Shown one piece after another: positions 1 to 12,574 of a DNA stretch of 64,000 nt; positions within the stretch are counted from its first letter, which is position 1; every line of letters begins with the position of its first letter. The position numbers and the translations under genes are program-made. The stretch comes from Eledone cirrhosa (Eukaryota), in contig OZ024744.1 of the NCBI GenBank assembly GCA_964016885.1, forward strand, positions 88,164,001 through 88,228,000, read 5' to 3'. Below the pieces are notes generated by a model. The model was not told where the DNA came from and searched no databases. It saw nothing but the letters and a program-made list of their open reading frames with translations.

Positions 1-1420
1 CTCCCACCGCTCCCTCATCACCTCCGCCTTCTTCAAACCCACCGACTCCCACTCCTACCTCGACTTCACCTACTCACACCCTACACATGCCAACCACTCC
101 ATTCCTTACTTCCAACTTCTCCGGATCCGCCGCCTCTGCAACCGACATGCTGACTTCGAGGCCCAGGCTCTTTCTCTGGTCAGCCAATTCACCCGGAGAG
201 ATTACCTCCTTCCCGCGGCCGTGCAGTCAACCGCTCCACCCACCTCACACCGCGCCCCCGCGCCCCACCCACCAACTCACCGCCCCTCTCACCTACCACC
301 CCATCACTATTAATACTAACCCCCCCCCAACTCACCTGCCCACTCACAACGCACAGACGAACACACACCACCATATATACACACACCCACACCTACGTAC
401 ACACCGATACACAACCTACTCCACACTCACACTACCACCACTAACCCCTACCCACACACCCGTATTCGACTACCTGCCATTAACAATTCTAACACCCACC
501 CTTCTACACACACACGCACTCACCCAAACACGCACACACATACCAGTATATTACACTCACTCATACAGTACCCAGCACCATCTCTCTAACCCCCGTACCC
601 CCCCCCCCCACACACACATCTACTACTAACACATCCACTAATATACATACATCCCCCCTACACACACCGCCACCCTCTCCCTCAACTTTTCACACTGATC
701 CACCTCTTCTCCGGTCCGCCGCACCTCCGCGCACACATACACACATTCTACACACATATACAGGCCAGACCTGCCAACTACCACTCGCTTGAGTCTTCCT
801 TACCCTCTTGACTGCTATCTCCTCTCTCTCCCTCGCATCCTTCTCCACCCCCTGCCTTGACCTTCATGACCACTTCCTGTTGCGCGCACCCCACAACTTT
901 CTACTACCTCCTCACCAATTCCACGGACCCTACACCGCTGGTCACACTCTCTGGACATCAACCCAATAATACCCGGATTTTCACTATCTGACCACACAGT
1001 CACCGAAAAAATATTCAGGAACACACACAAACACTTACACCATTTTCGCACACACGCAACCATGCATTCCCACGTATCCACACCACACAAACAAACACAC
1101 ACACACACGTTCGTATCCTCACATACACCTATTCTGCCACCGGACTCCACCACCCCCACCCACCTCTGACCACTCTTCATCCACACACACACACACACAC
1201 ACGTACACCTACACACTTATACACACACCACCTTCCGCCCTCCCCGCTCGGAGCCTCAATTTCCTTCTTCCCCTTCCATCCACCCACCACCATCTCTACA
1301 CACCTCACACCTTTTCACCACTTGTTTTCATTAAAAAAATTTTTCCTTCATTTTAATTTTTTTCCCTTTATTTTAATGTCTCCTCCCTCCCGTCACACCC
1401 TCTCGGAACTCTTTTCCGAT
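1..1420 (+). mobile_element. Degenerate Penelope-like retroelement (RT C-terminus/thumb and linker remnants, C-rich low-complexity body)
   Basis: Frame 2 from base 2 reads SHRSLITSAFFKPTDSHSYLDFTYSHPTHANHSIPYFQLLRIRRLCNRHADFEAQA, matching the PLE RT motif KPTD-x-HSYL-x(4)-HP-x(5)-IPYSQ-x-LR-x-RR-x-C. A linker-like PLPVARTPQL occurs near 870-900. The 3' part resembles the minus strand of 26930-27585. Confidence 0.75.
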
Positions 1421-1438
1421 CTGATCATCTACGTTAGA

Positions 1439-1720
1439 GTTAACCTTGGCGGGATTTGAACTCGAACCGCAAAGGGACGTAACTATGCTGCAAAGCATGA
1501 CGTCTTACTCTCTACTGATACTGCCAAATAATTGTTTCTACTTTTGTTACAAGGCCAGCAATTATCCCAGCGCATTACTGGTACTTTATTTTATCGACCC
1601 CCATAAGAATGAAAGGCAAAGTTAACCTCGGCTGGATTTGAACTCAGAATAGCAAGGGCGGTAACTCTATGCTGCAAAGCATGGTAACCGACCCCCTACC
1701 GATACTGCCAATCCACCGCC
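1439..1720 (-). mobile_element. tRNA-derived octopus-type SINE, tandem (one full copy plus a partial head)
   Basis: Reverse complement of GGCGGTGGATTGGCAGTATCGGTAG (A box) ... GAGTTCAAATCC (B box) ... GTTAACTTTGCCTTTCAT ... GGGGTCGATAAAATAAAGTACCAG ... GCTGGCCTTGT ... AGTAGAAACAAT. More than 12 copies occur in the window. Confidence 0.9.
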
Positions 1721-1975
1721 GATACAGCCAAATAATACAAAGTCTTGAGGTAGGTAAAATATATTCCATAACTCAAAATATGATGCGCGGCTGTAATCAT
1801 TCATGCTGCAAAGCTTTTGACTTTGCTTTTGTTCAGGTTACCGCAAAGAGATGTTACTGCTAAACAATCAGCAAATAGGACTAAGGCTTCAAGTGGTCCT
1901 TGTTAGATTAGCATCCGTTGAAATATCGCCGATGTGTATAATCTCTGAATGTCCAGTCGACATGGTTGCCGATTA

Positions 1976-2029
<54 letters not shown>

Positions 2030-2337
2030 TCACTCTCTCTCTCTCTCTCTCTTTCCACACACACACATATATATATATATACTTATATATGTATATATAT
2101 ATATAATATATTTAGAAACACACAGATACATGCGGACACACACATATATACATGAATGCATCCGCACCCAACTGTGAGTTAAGGGTGCCAACTTCACCGA
2201 TGTTGCTCAATGAATGACTGGGACAGACCAATTCAGTTGAACTAGACTGAACCAGTATCAGAGTTAAAAATACATTCGCCTTTTGGGATTCTTTCTCACG
2301 TCGTGTAGACGCGTTCTTAAGACTAGTAAAATGAGGT

Positions 2338-2429
2338 ATCCTCTTGATAAGTCGGCAGACCTCGCAAGGACTCTATATCTTTATGATATATTGTTTTTGT
2401 TTATGCCACGAAACTACGTAGTCGAGGAA
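2338..2429 (+). ncRNA. Type I hammerhead ribozyme, U3-A8 core variant
   Basis: TCCTC-TTGATAA-GTCGGCA...TGCCAC-GAAAC-TACGTA-GTC-GAGGA. Stem I TCCTC/GAGGA, stem II GT(C)GGCA/TGCCAC, palindromic stem III ACTACGTAGT. Predicted cut after 2423. Confidence 0.8.
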
Positions 2430-2932
2430 TTTAGGAGCAGTTTAGGTATGATACATTTTATTACTAATTATATCTAAATGTTTCTTCTCTCTTCATAATG
2501 TATTTTTAACTCTGATACTGGTTCAGTCTAGTTCAACTGAATTGGTCTGTCCCAGTCATTCATTGAGCAACATCGGTGAAGTTGGCACCCTTAACTCACA
2601 GTTGGGTGCGGATGCATTCATGTATATATGTGTGTGTCCGCATGTATCTGTGTGTTTCTAAATATATTGTTAATAACTCCCTCTGGTCGAGCAATCTTTG
2701 AAGTGTGGGGACAGCTGGAAAGCTTCCATTACTCATACTTCTCGCCTTCTTCACCACCTCTTCTACGACCTCGATATAGATACCCCCTCCGCCTCCGTGG
2801 TATTTTCTTCGGGGTTATAAGAGGCTTAGCTCTGTTTCTCGACCGTTATATCGCGTGATTATCTCCTCCTCCGCCTTTTGGGATTCTTTCTCACGTCGTG
2901 TAGACGCGTTCTTGAGACTAGTAAAATGAGGT

Positions 2933-3024
2933 ATTCTCTTGATAAGTCGGCAGACCTCGCAAGGACTCTATATCTTTATGATATATTGTTTTTGTTTATG
3001 CCACGAAACTACGTAGTCGAGGAA
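2933..3024 (+). ncRNA. Type I hammerhead ribozyme, U3-A8 core variant (second repeat copy)
   Basis: TTCTC-TTGATAA-GTCGGCA...TGCCAC-GAAAC-TACGTA-GTC-GAGGA. Predicted cut after 3018. Confidence 0.8.
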
Positions 3025-3092
3025 TTTAGGAGCAGTTTAGGTATGATACATTTTATTACTAATTATATCTAAATGTTTCTTCTCTCTTCATA

Positions 3093-3138
<46 letters not shown>

Positions 3139-3228
3139 ATGTATATAAATAAATAAATATATATATATATATATATATCTATTTTATATATATATATATA
3201 TATATATATTTTATTAATATTTATATTC

Positions 3229-3272
<44 letters not shown>

Positions 3273-3312
3273 GAATATAAATATTAATAAAATAGATGTT
3301 CTTTTGATCAAT

Positions 3313-3371
3313 TACATTTTATTATACATATTTCGGATGTACAACAGTACGTCCTCCTCAGACAAAATATA
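3313..3371 (-). ncRNA. Type I hammerhead ribozyme in PLE pseudo-LTR
   Basis: Minus strand: TATATTTTGT-CTGAGGA-GGACGTAC-TGTT-GTACATCC-GAAA-TATGTA-TA-ATAAAATGTA. Confidence 0.8.
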
Positions 3372-4768
3372 ATGATACATGACATACCCTGAGATGTTAA
3401 ATGGTTAAGATTTAATCAAGGTAGTGATTAACCTAAGAGAAAATTTAACATTTATACCCTAATAATGAGAAAATGCGAAAACGTAATAAATTCAATAGAG
3501 AATATGTGAGTAAGAAAAACGTTGCTTAATGTACCAGTTATCGAGATTTTAATATGTATGATACTACAATTTATATAGGAAAGCATTTCATGAATTATAA
3601 CAGTCAGTGAGAGAAGGGGAGTAATGTATGCAGAAGGAGATTTTTTTCCGAAAGTTAAACGGATAAGTTTGAAAATATTTAATTTATGTTATCTTAGGGT
3701 GAAGAATCAATAGTTTAGGTGTTTTTTTTAAATTGGTGATTATTTATATATTAGTTTTGTAAATTTTACAAGTGTGTTAACATTTCTAAGTTTCTGAATT
3801 ATTTGATGATAAGATTTAAAGGGTTTAGCTGGCCACTATTAAGGAAAGTTTACACTGTTGAATATTTTCCTAAATGTAATCTTTAATGATGTCAGTTATT
3901 GTCAATGTATTAGGTATGTAAAGCTTTTGAAGTACTTATTGTTATAAAAATGTAAATAACGGTTATGTATATAGATATATATTAATTAATTAATGAGCCA
4001 GTATATTTTAGGTAAATGATAATGAAAATAAAATTAAAATAAAATAATAGATTGAGGCATGTTAAAACTAAATATATACCCATATATAACCACGTGTACA
4101 TGTATTAATTATTCCTATCTCAAAGTAAAAACAATAAAAAAATTTAGAAGTTAACTGAAAATTATGTATATAAAGATACTTGGGAGTTATATATGGATAT
4201 ATCTTATATTATGTATTAGTGATACAGTATACTTTAGGTAAATGATAACGATTAGAATTTTATATAATAAAGTTCTACGTGTTAAAGTTAAATACATATA
4301 TATATATATAAGAAAAACAATAATAAATGTATGGATAATTCATAGTTCGAAATAATGTTTATAATAGTTTGTAATTTGGATATTTGCTCCATATTTGAAT
4401 CATGGATATAAGAATGCGGTAGGTATATTTAAAAACATAGAAAATATAATTACATGCACATTATAAATAAGAGATCAGAAACGCATGAAAAATTCACAGT
4501 TATAAATAAGTTCAGTAAAGATGTAAGGGTTGGATACAAAACTCAGATTTAAAACTTAAGTAGGAAGATAAGGATAGAGAAATAAAGAAATAACGGTATG
4601 GATCAAAGTTAACAGAATAATGTTATGTGTATCAATCTTCCGGCATGTTATTGAACAAGTGTCTTTCATTCGAGCGTTATTTCTTCTACAGATAGTTATA
4701 AGATAGTGCAATATTAAAAGCCACTAAAGTTTTCCCCTGTTGATTTTATACGTCTGACAACCAAATTT

Positions 4769-5500
4769 TTAATGGTTTAATGTTTCTCTCTCTTTTTTTT
4801 CTCTCGTTTTGTGGGAGGCTAAGAATGTGGATGTAGCTTTGTGGAGGCAACTATAGAATAATTCACTTTTTTTGTTAATTAGGGTCTCGTAGTTATTAAT
4901 AATCAACAGGATCTCCATTGTACAGAGTGCGCAGTTATTTGATACACTAGAGTTGTGGTAAACTCCACAGTTCCGAAGTTTTGTCCAAAGAATGGAGTAT
5001 TTTAAATTCTTCTCTTTTAATGACCATATGAGCTGTGATAAAGACGTGGATGATTTCCTCTTTGAGTTCGATAATGAGCATTTATGGTTCGCAAATCTGG
5101 CTTTAAAAGTGGAAGAAGTGGATCCTATGTAGTTGTAAGTATTGTGATCTGTTTTTACGGTGCATTTATAAACCAAATTACTATCTAAACAATTATTTTG
5201 CAAAGGGCAATCAGTTTTATTTCTACAATTACATTTAGGTTTAGTATCATTTATGTTAACTCTATTATTAATATCATTATGCTGATTTTGTTTTAGGATT
5301 TTAGTGTTTAATTTGGCGATGTTTTGGGCCATGTTACTGGTTGTAGAATATGAGAATTTAATGGTATGTCTATTAAAAATGGTATGTCTATTACAAATGT
5401 TGAGTAGGGAAAGAAGTGTCAAGAGCTTTAAAGAATAATTTTGCGATTGGTGTTTTGATTGCGACAGAAGCAGGGGGGGGGGGCAAACCATATGACTGTT
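4769..5500 (-). pseudogene. PLE linker plus GIY-YIG endonuclease, frameshifted, RT domain absent
   Basis: IFNRHTIKFSYS...CNCRNKTDCPLQNNCLDSNLVYKC...YIGSTSSTFKARFANH...LSQLIWSLK...CALCTME...INKKSELFYSCLH. Upstream VIWFAPP and IKTPIAKLFFKALDTSFP motifs are in other frames (shift at the G-run 5473-5483 and at a short duplication near 5360-5395). Confidence 0.85.
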
Positions 5501-5793
5501 TAGTTCTAGTTCTTATCCTCGATTTATTTGGCGTATGGGTGTTTGAATTATAATTAGTAGAGTTTCCTTTATATATGTTATTATTTTTATTAAGATTAAT
5601 AGTTGGATTATTATTATATACATATTCTATGTTATTCGTATATCGTTTTTCTTACTCACACATTCTCTATTGAATTTATTACGTTTTCGCATTTTCTCAT
5701 TATTATGGTATAAATGTTAAATTTTCTCTTAGGTTAATCACTACTTTGATTAAATCTTAACCATTTAACATCTCAGGGTATGTCATGTATCAT

Positions 5794-5852
5794 TATATGT
5801 TGTCTGGTGAGGACGTACTATTGTACATCCGAAATATGTATAATAAAATGTA
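5794..5852 (+). ncRNA. Hammerhead motif, probably inactivated core (CTGGTGA)
   Basis: Inverted copy of 3313-3371 with A6 changed to G. Confidence 0.6.
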
Positions 5853-5988
5853 ATTGATCAAAAGAACATCGATTTTATTAATATTTATATTCTAATATTA
5901 ATAACTCCGGAAAATTATTTTACCGTAGAGTGCTTCCAATCTACTGTAAAACTCATTCTTTGACATACTCATAGAATATTGTTTAACT

Positions 5989-6031
<43 letters not shown>

Positions 6032-6072
6032 CAAGATATTAATAATTGGAGATATTCACGTAATCAAAATAT

Positions 6073-6140
6073 ATATTTTATTATATATATTTCGGAGGTA
6101 CTGTGCTGTTTTTTCAGTACGTCCTCATCAGATAAAATAC
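6073..6140 (-). ncRNA. Type I hammerhead ribozyme (canonical core)
   Basis: Reverse complement of 6257-6324. Confidence 0.8.
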
Positions 6141-6256
6141 ATAAATTGATGTATGACATACCCCACCTGTGCTGATGGTTCAATTCCAGTCTTGCAGACT
6201 GCCAAGGCTGGAATTGAACCATCAGCACAGTTGAGGTATGTCATACATCAATTTAT

Positions 6257-6324
6257 GTATTTTATCTGATGAGGACGTACTGAAAAAACAGCACAGTACC
6301 TCCGAAATATATATAATAAAATAT
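6257..6324 (+). ncRNA. Type I hammerhead ribozyme (canonical core)
   Basis: GTATTTTAT-CTGATGA-GGA(C)GTACTG...CAGTAC(C)TCC-GAAA-TATATA-TA-ATAAAATAT. Confidence 0.85.
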
Positions 6325-6466
6325 ATATTTTGATTACGTGAATATCTCAATTTATTAATATTTTGAATAATATTAATAACTTCTGAAAACCTCTTTGTTG
6401 AGTGCTTTTAATCTATTGTAAAACTATATTCATTGAGTAATCAATGAACCTAGTTTAACATTTGGG

Positions 6467-7187
<721 letters not shown>

Positions 7188-7202
7188 TATATAAATAAAT
7201 AT

Positions 7203-7378
7203 ATATAGATGAGATTCTACAGGACTAGAACTGTTTCATTCTTTAGAAATCATGATGATTTCTAAAGAATGAAACAGTTCTAGTCCTGTAGAATCTCATC
7301 TATATTAAAACTTTTATACTCTGCAATGTATTGAGTACCTTACTTACTGTGGTTACCTCTGATTCAACCCGGAATAAC

Positions 7379-7380
<2 letters not shown>
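7203..7380 (+). mobile_element. Fold-back element (family C): perfect palindrome of about 100 bp (7203-7305) plus tail, carrying a 3' hammerhead half
   Basis: TGATGA-TTTC-TAAA-GAAT-GAAAC-AGTTCTA-GTC. Other copies at 24403-24530 (+), 26775-26895 (-) and 48940-49070 (+). Confidence 0.75.
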
Positions 7381-7453
<73 letters not shown>

Positions 7454-7583
7454 GTATATATATATATATATGTATATATATATGTATATATATATATACA
7501 TATCCAGGGAGTGTAACATACTATATGTGTAACATGCTGTATCGTGCTATAGAGCTAGACCGAGTGTAGTATAATAAAATATA

Positions 7584-7668
7584 GGTCCGACAAGCCATTA
7601 ATTAGAGAGTCGGGCTAGATTGATACAGATCGAACCTTGAGCTGATCGGTGGCGAAACACGTGTCACC
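7584..7668 (+). ncRNA. Hammerhead-like motif, core CCGACAA (U4C, G8 lost)
   Basis: GGT-CCGACAA-GCCATT...GGTGGC-GAAAC-ACGT-GTC-ACC, with palindromic stem III ACACGTGT. Lies in an island of about 220 bp between TA tracts. Confidence 0.6.
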
Positions 7669-7749
7669 AACCAATAAACGTAATGAAGGAGTAGCCACTC
7701 GTCTTTGTTTTATTTATTCTATTATATATATGTATATATATATATATGC

Positions 7750-7801
<52 letters not shown>

Positions 7802-8265
7802 TTACCTGTTGGACGCCAATCTTGTAAAATCTTTGCAATATACCACGTTTTTTTTATTATTATTGAAAGAGAGAAAGAAAAAGCAAATGCCACATTCCGC
7901 TTCAACGGGACATACATAATACTTGGTATCAAATAAGAGATGAGCTTCAATTTTTTACCCCCTATAAATACTGTGTTTTTCTGTGCTTTACATATATATA
8001 TATGGGGGGGGGGGTACGTGTGTGTGTGTGTATGTATATATATGTATGTAATTATATATATATATGTATATATATGTGTGTGTGTATATATATATATATA
8101 TACATTGTTTGTTTTGTAACAGATAGCGGTGAGAATTACTAGACATAAGGGGATCATATTAGGGTTCACAAGTACACTACTGCGTGATATACACACACCG
8201 TGACCGATCACCATTAAAGACACCTCACTTCCAATACGTTACGCCGATCTCCATTATTGTTATTA

Positions 8266-8308
<43 letters not shown>

Positions 8309-8476
8309 TATTATTATTATTATTATGCACTGGGGTAATTGCTGGCCTTGTGCAAAAAAGTAAAAACAATTATATATATTCATCTGTTGTATTTTTTGGT
8401 TTGTTTTGTGTTCTTTTTTGTTGTTGTTTGTTTTTATATTGCTGTCGTCGTTGTTGATAATTGTGTTAGATCGGTA

Positions 8477-8605
<129 letters not shown>

Positions 8606-8875
8606 TGTTTTGTTACTTTCTTCTTTTCTAAAGATGGCGACTAATAAAAAACTATTACTGTCACATGCAAAGATAATCGTGACCAAGAGTGTGAGCGAAC
8701 AAGAAAAAAAAAGTCTTTTTTTACAAACAGCCGACGCGGGTAGATGTAGGTTTATGTTTCTTGAGCAAAGTAGCCAATAATAGATATATCAAGTGTGACA
8801 AGGCATGTGAAAATTAATGAGCCGTTTTATAAACACCTATCTATCTATCTATCCACCTATCGATCTATCTATACA

Positions 8876-9022
<147 letters not shown>

Positions 9023-9062
9023 ATATATATATATAAGTGTATATATTTGTATATACATATAT

Positions 9063-9740
9063 ATATAAATGGAAAGAATGAAACGAAATTTCATTTCTCA
9101 CTCTTAGTACGGCTGTTACCTAAATATAAGTATGTATACGTACATACATATATGTATACAGACGTACAGTAGTATGTATATATATACATACATGCACACA
9201 TATATATATATGTACGTATGGATTCACCGAACATTCATTATAATGCTCGGTTTGTTTCTCATCAAACATCCCGGATTAAGCGTACAGTGTTTGGCAACAA
9301 TCGTTGCCCTCTTGTTCAACACTGACAAAGGAAATTTCGTTTCATTTTTTCCATTTATCGTTTTCGGTGCGCCCGGCCGATTAACTGACTCGATATGCAA
9401 ATTAGGCTGCTCAGCTGTTAATATCCATAAGGAAAATATATACTTTCAGACGGTCAATAATCTGGCAGGAAGGTATAGGTTGCTGACGATAGCTAATAAG
9501 CTTGAAACTAGTACAACGTCCCTTTGTCAGTGTTGAACAAAAGGGCAACGATCGTTGCTAAACACTGTACGGCTTAATCCAGGATGTTTGTTTACAAACA
9601 CACCGAGCACTATAATAAATGTTCGGTGAATCCATACTTACATATATATATATATACATGTGTGTGCATGTATGTGTATATATATACATACTACTGTACG
9701 TGTGTATACATGTATATATGTACGTATACATACTTATACA
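9063..9740. mobile_element. Fold-back, circularly permuted non-coding element (family G, unit of about 430 nt)
   Basis: 9125-9331 is inverted relative to 9521-9737, and 9063-9092 is inverted relative to 9331-9358. A second copy lies at 46988-47255. Confidence 0.8.
9479..9517 (+). ncRNA. Minimal type I hammerhead ribozyme
   Basis: GTTG-CTGACGA-TAGCT-AATA-AGCTT-GAAAC-TA-GTA-CAAC, with palindromic ACTAGT. Predicted cut after 9513. Confidence 0.85.
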
Positions 9741-10140
9741 TATATATATGTATATATATGTCTATCTATCTATCTACCCATCTATCCATCAGCCTACCTT
9801 CCTATCTATCTATCTGCCTATCTCTCCATCTCTCTGTCAACATATCTATAGAAACATATCTATCTTGCCGTCTTAAGCTAGGTCTTATACAATGGCACCA
9901 CACGCTTGACGAATCAACCAACTCTACATGCGTACGTATGTCAGGGAGAAAGAGAAAGATAAACAACAGGCAGATAAGGAAGGAAAGAAGGAGAGAAAGA
10001 AAGAAGAGAGAAAAAAGAGAGAGTGAAAGAAAGAAAGGAAGAAAGAAACACATAAAGGAAGTAAGAAAGGCATAGACAGTGAGAGAGGGATTTGGTATGG
10101 TAGATATGTATATATAGAGATATGGTAGATATTTATATAT

Positions 10141-10322
10141 ATTCCGCGAGCGGAAACGACCACTCGGAAGGCCTCCACGAGGGTGGAGTTACGATTTTAA
10201 GAATACGATTGGGACTACATGGATGAGGAAAGTACGATCCAGAGAGGAATGGACGGCGTGCTGTGACTAGCGGTGCTGAATGGACGCCCGACAGACTGGT
10301 CGGTCAAGGTGATCAAGGTGAT
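10141..10322 (+). mobile_element. RTE-clade LINE 3' end fragment
   Basis: Translates RERKRPLGRPPRGWSYDFKNTIGTTWMRKVRSREEWTACCD-stop (typical RTE C-terminus) and ends in a (TCAAGGTGA)2 tail followed by TA. Confidence 0.75.
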
Positions 10323-10326
10323 ATAC

Positions 10327-10368
<42 letters not shown>

Positions 10369-10459
10369 GTATATATAAAGTATAACAATATCGGTTTCAA
10401 CACACGTTTTCAGATAAAGAATCTTGCTAAACAAATTCAGAAACGAAATATATATATAT

Positions 10460-11625
10460 ATGTCAGACGCATTGACTTGTTTTCTATCTGCTTGCATAAA
10501 TTCCATAAAACATTTCACAAAGTATACAGCTAATATTCAATTCTTTATCAATTTAGAATCTTTTTTCTCAAAGGCATATATATATACACTTCTTTTAAAA
10601 ATATACCCATCTTTCTACCTTATTTCAAAGGTTATTATACATTCTATAATACTTGTTTACTCATTACTCTTACTCTATATCACCTTGTAAAAATCCTTCG
10701 TAAACATATACATTTTTTTTGACGCTAGATTATTCATCCTCAATTCATTATTCTTTTCTCCCTATCATCTAACTCATTATTCTCAATACATATTAACATT
10801 TTCTTTTTCTTCGCACATATTATCAAATTCTTCAATATACAAACCTTAACTTTACATTATTTTTTTCTCTTCGTTAATTTTCAAATTCTATAATACTTGT
10901 TTACTCTTTCTACATCACCCATATTTCTCACTTCCTTTTCCTCTCTTCTAATATCTAACCCCTAATCTGTACCTTTTCTCACTCTTGCCTAACATAGAAT
11001 CAATTATTACATAATACAACACATCTTACTCTATATCACCTTGTAAAAATCCTTCGTAAACATATACATTTTTTTTACGTCAGATTATTCATCCTCAATT
11101 CATTATTCTTTTCTCCCTATCATCTAACTCATTATTCTCAATACATATTAACTCTTTCTTTCTTCGCACATATTATCGAACCCCTCAATATACAAAGCTT
11201 AACTTTACATTATTTTTCTCTTCGTTAATTTTCAAATTCTTTTAATTTATACATTATCTTCCAACGGTTTTCAACTCTATGTAAAACAATATATCTTTCT
11301 CAGTTATAAAAGCTATCTCTCCTCCTATCTCCTCCTTCCTCATTATACTCCTCCCTCTCCACCTTCACTCTCATCTCCTTCTTTTTTCATCCTTTCCACC
11401 CCACCCCCCTCTAAATAAAATATTTTTCCCAATATCACACATCAATCTAAAACTACTTCTCATATGTTGATTTAAAACTGAACTATCCACAAGTGTTTTT
11501 TAACCTTCATATCATGTCCTCCTGTTTTATCTGATGAAAACACAAATATTATTGCATGAAGATATTTGTTTTTGAAATGCGCATAATAAAATACATGGAA
11601 CTCTTTTAACCATCTTTTGTTCTTA
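10460..11625 (+). mobile_element. AT-rich element with an internal duplication of about 220 bp (10669-10889 vs 11026-11240) and a 3' hammerhead
   Basis: The direct repeat is visible, a hammerhead lies at 11523-11593, and TA tracts flank the element. Confidence 0.6.
11523..11593 (+). ncRNA. Type I hammerhead ribozyme
   Basis: TGTTTTAT-CTGATGA-AAA(C)ACAAATAT...ATATTTGT-TTTT-GAAA-TGCGCA-TA-ATAAAATA, with palindromic ATGCGCAT. Confidence 0.85.
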
Positions 11626-11744
11626 TATATTATATGCATATATATATATGCATATATCTATGTACAAATATATATGAATTGAAAAAAAAAAAAAAAACAC
11701 ACACACACATAAAAAAAACAAAAAAACACACACTCACACATAGA

Positions 11745-12183
11745 ACAAACAACCAACCAACAATAAATAAATAAACAAATAGATAAATGAACACAAACAC
11801 ACACAGACACCCGGATGTGGCGCATGCGCAAACTGAGCACACAACACACACACAGAAACAAAATGGCGTAGGATAGAAGAAAGGAAAGGCACAGAAACAA
11901 AGGAAGGAATCCCCAGTCACTGAAGAGGTCACAGAGTGTGTGACGAAAGGACTATGACTATATATAAACAACTATCTGGTTGTGGAACCAACCAACCAAC
12001 CAGAAATTTATAAGTTTGTAGATTTGTAAATTTATAAATTTATAAATATATAATAAATTGATGTGAAAGCAACTGGTGCGTGTGTTGCTTATTGGCAACA
12101 TGACCCTCCCAAAGTATAACAATATCTGTTTCAACACACGATTTCAGATAAAGAATCTTGCTAAACAAATTCAGAAACGAAAT
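11745..12183 (+). mobile_element. Non-coding hammerhead element (family F)
   Basis: Nearly identical inverted copy at 61488-61915. Tail fragments at 10377-10448 and 22341-22512, and a diverged relative at 39848-40710. Confidence 0.8.
11915..11959 (+). ncRNA. Type I hammerhead ribozyme
   Basis: AGTCA-CTGAAGA-G-GTCACA-GAGTG-TGTGAC-GAAAG-GA-CTA-TGACT. Confidence 0.85.
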
Positions 12184-12254
12184 ATATATATGCATATATA
12201 TATATATATATATATATATGCATATATATATATATATATACATAGATATATGCA

Positions 12255-12290
<36 letters not shown>

Positions 12291-12317
12291 TAGATAGATA
12301 TACACATATATATACAT

Positions 12318-12482
<165 letters not shown>

Positions 12483-12574
12483 ACTTTGAACTTTGAATAA
12501 CTTTGAAATGTTTTGGCCAGTATTGGCCCAGGCCATGTCTAACTTAATAGCACCACCTGGCGAAGTCTTTCAAT

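Larger units (their letters stand above)
2105..3098 (+). mobile_element. Non-coding retrozyme-like element: 227-bp direct repeats (2277-2503, 2872-3098) each with a hammerhead, 595-bp period, plus a 172-bp inverted 5' arm (2105-2276 vs 2497-2668), flanked by (TA)n
   Basis: The direct repeats differ at only 2 positions I could find, and the inverted arm matches essentially perfectly. There is no meaningful ORF. Confidence 0.85.
3270..5991 (-). mobile_element. 5'-truncated Penelope-like element (Hydra-clade-like, C-terminal GIY-YIG) with inverted pseudo-LTR copies, inserted in (TA)n
   Basis: About 3270-3520 is the inverted repeat of about 5645-5893, and both carry a hammerhead. The + arm has a tail of about 100 nt to 5991. 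The GIY-YIG ORF lies inside, and (TA)n flanks both ends. Confidence 0.85.
6025..6466 (+). mobile_element. Fold-back PLE pseudo-LTR insertion (arms 6025-6195 and 6203-6372, tail to 6466), related to the 3270-5991 family
   Basis: Near-perfect palindrome of about 350 bp centred near 6198, sharing GGTATGTCAT...CTGATGAGGACGTAC...TCCGAAATAT with the PLE pseudo-LTR. (TA)n lies on both sides. Confidence 0.85.

Noticed and set aside
87-629. 180-aa P/T/H-rich ORF
   Set aside because: Off-frame reading of a C-rich degenerate PLE. The informative RT motif is in a different frame.
1720-1980. Candidate host exons in unique-looking stretches (also 20690-21450 and 24600-25000)
   Set aside because: No recognisable protein motif or convincing paired splice sites. 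Short exons cannot be excluded without RNA-seq.
2283-3072. Duplicated 64-aa ORFs (2283-2477, 2878-3072)
   Set aside because: They have TTG starts and no recognisable motif, and are duplicated only because the ribozyme-bearing repeat is duplicated.
3270-5893. Interpretation as a DNA transposon or MITE with terminal inverted repeats
   Set aside because: The repeats contain hammerheads, are asymmetric (tail on one arm only) and enclose a PLE GIY-YIG rather than a DDE transposase.
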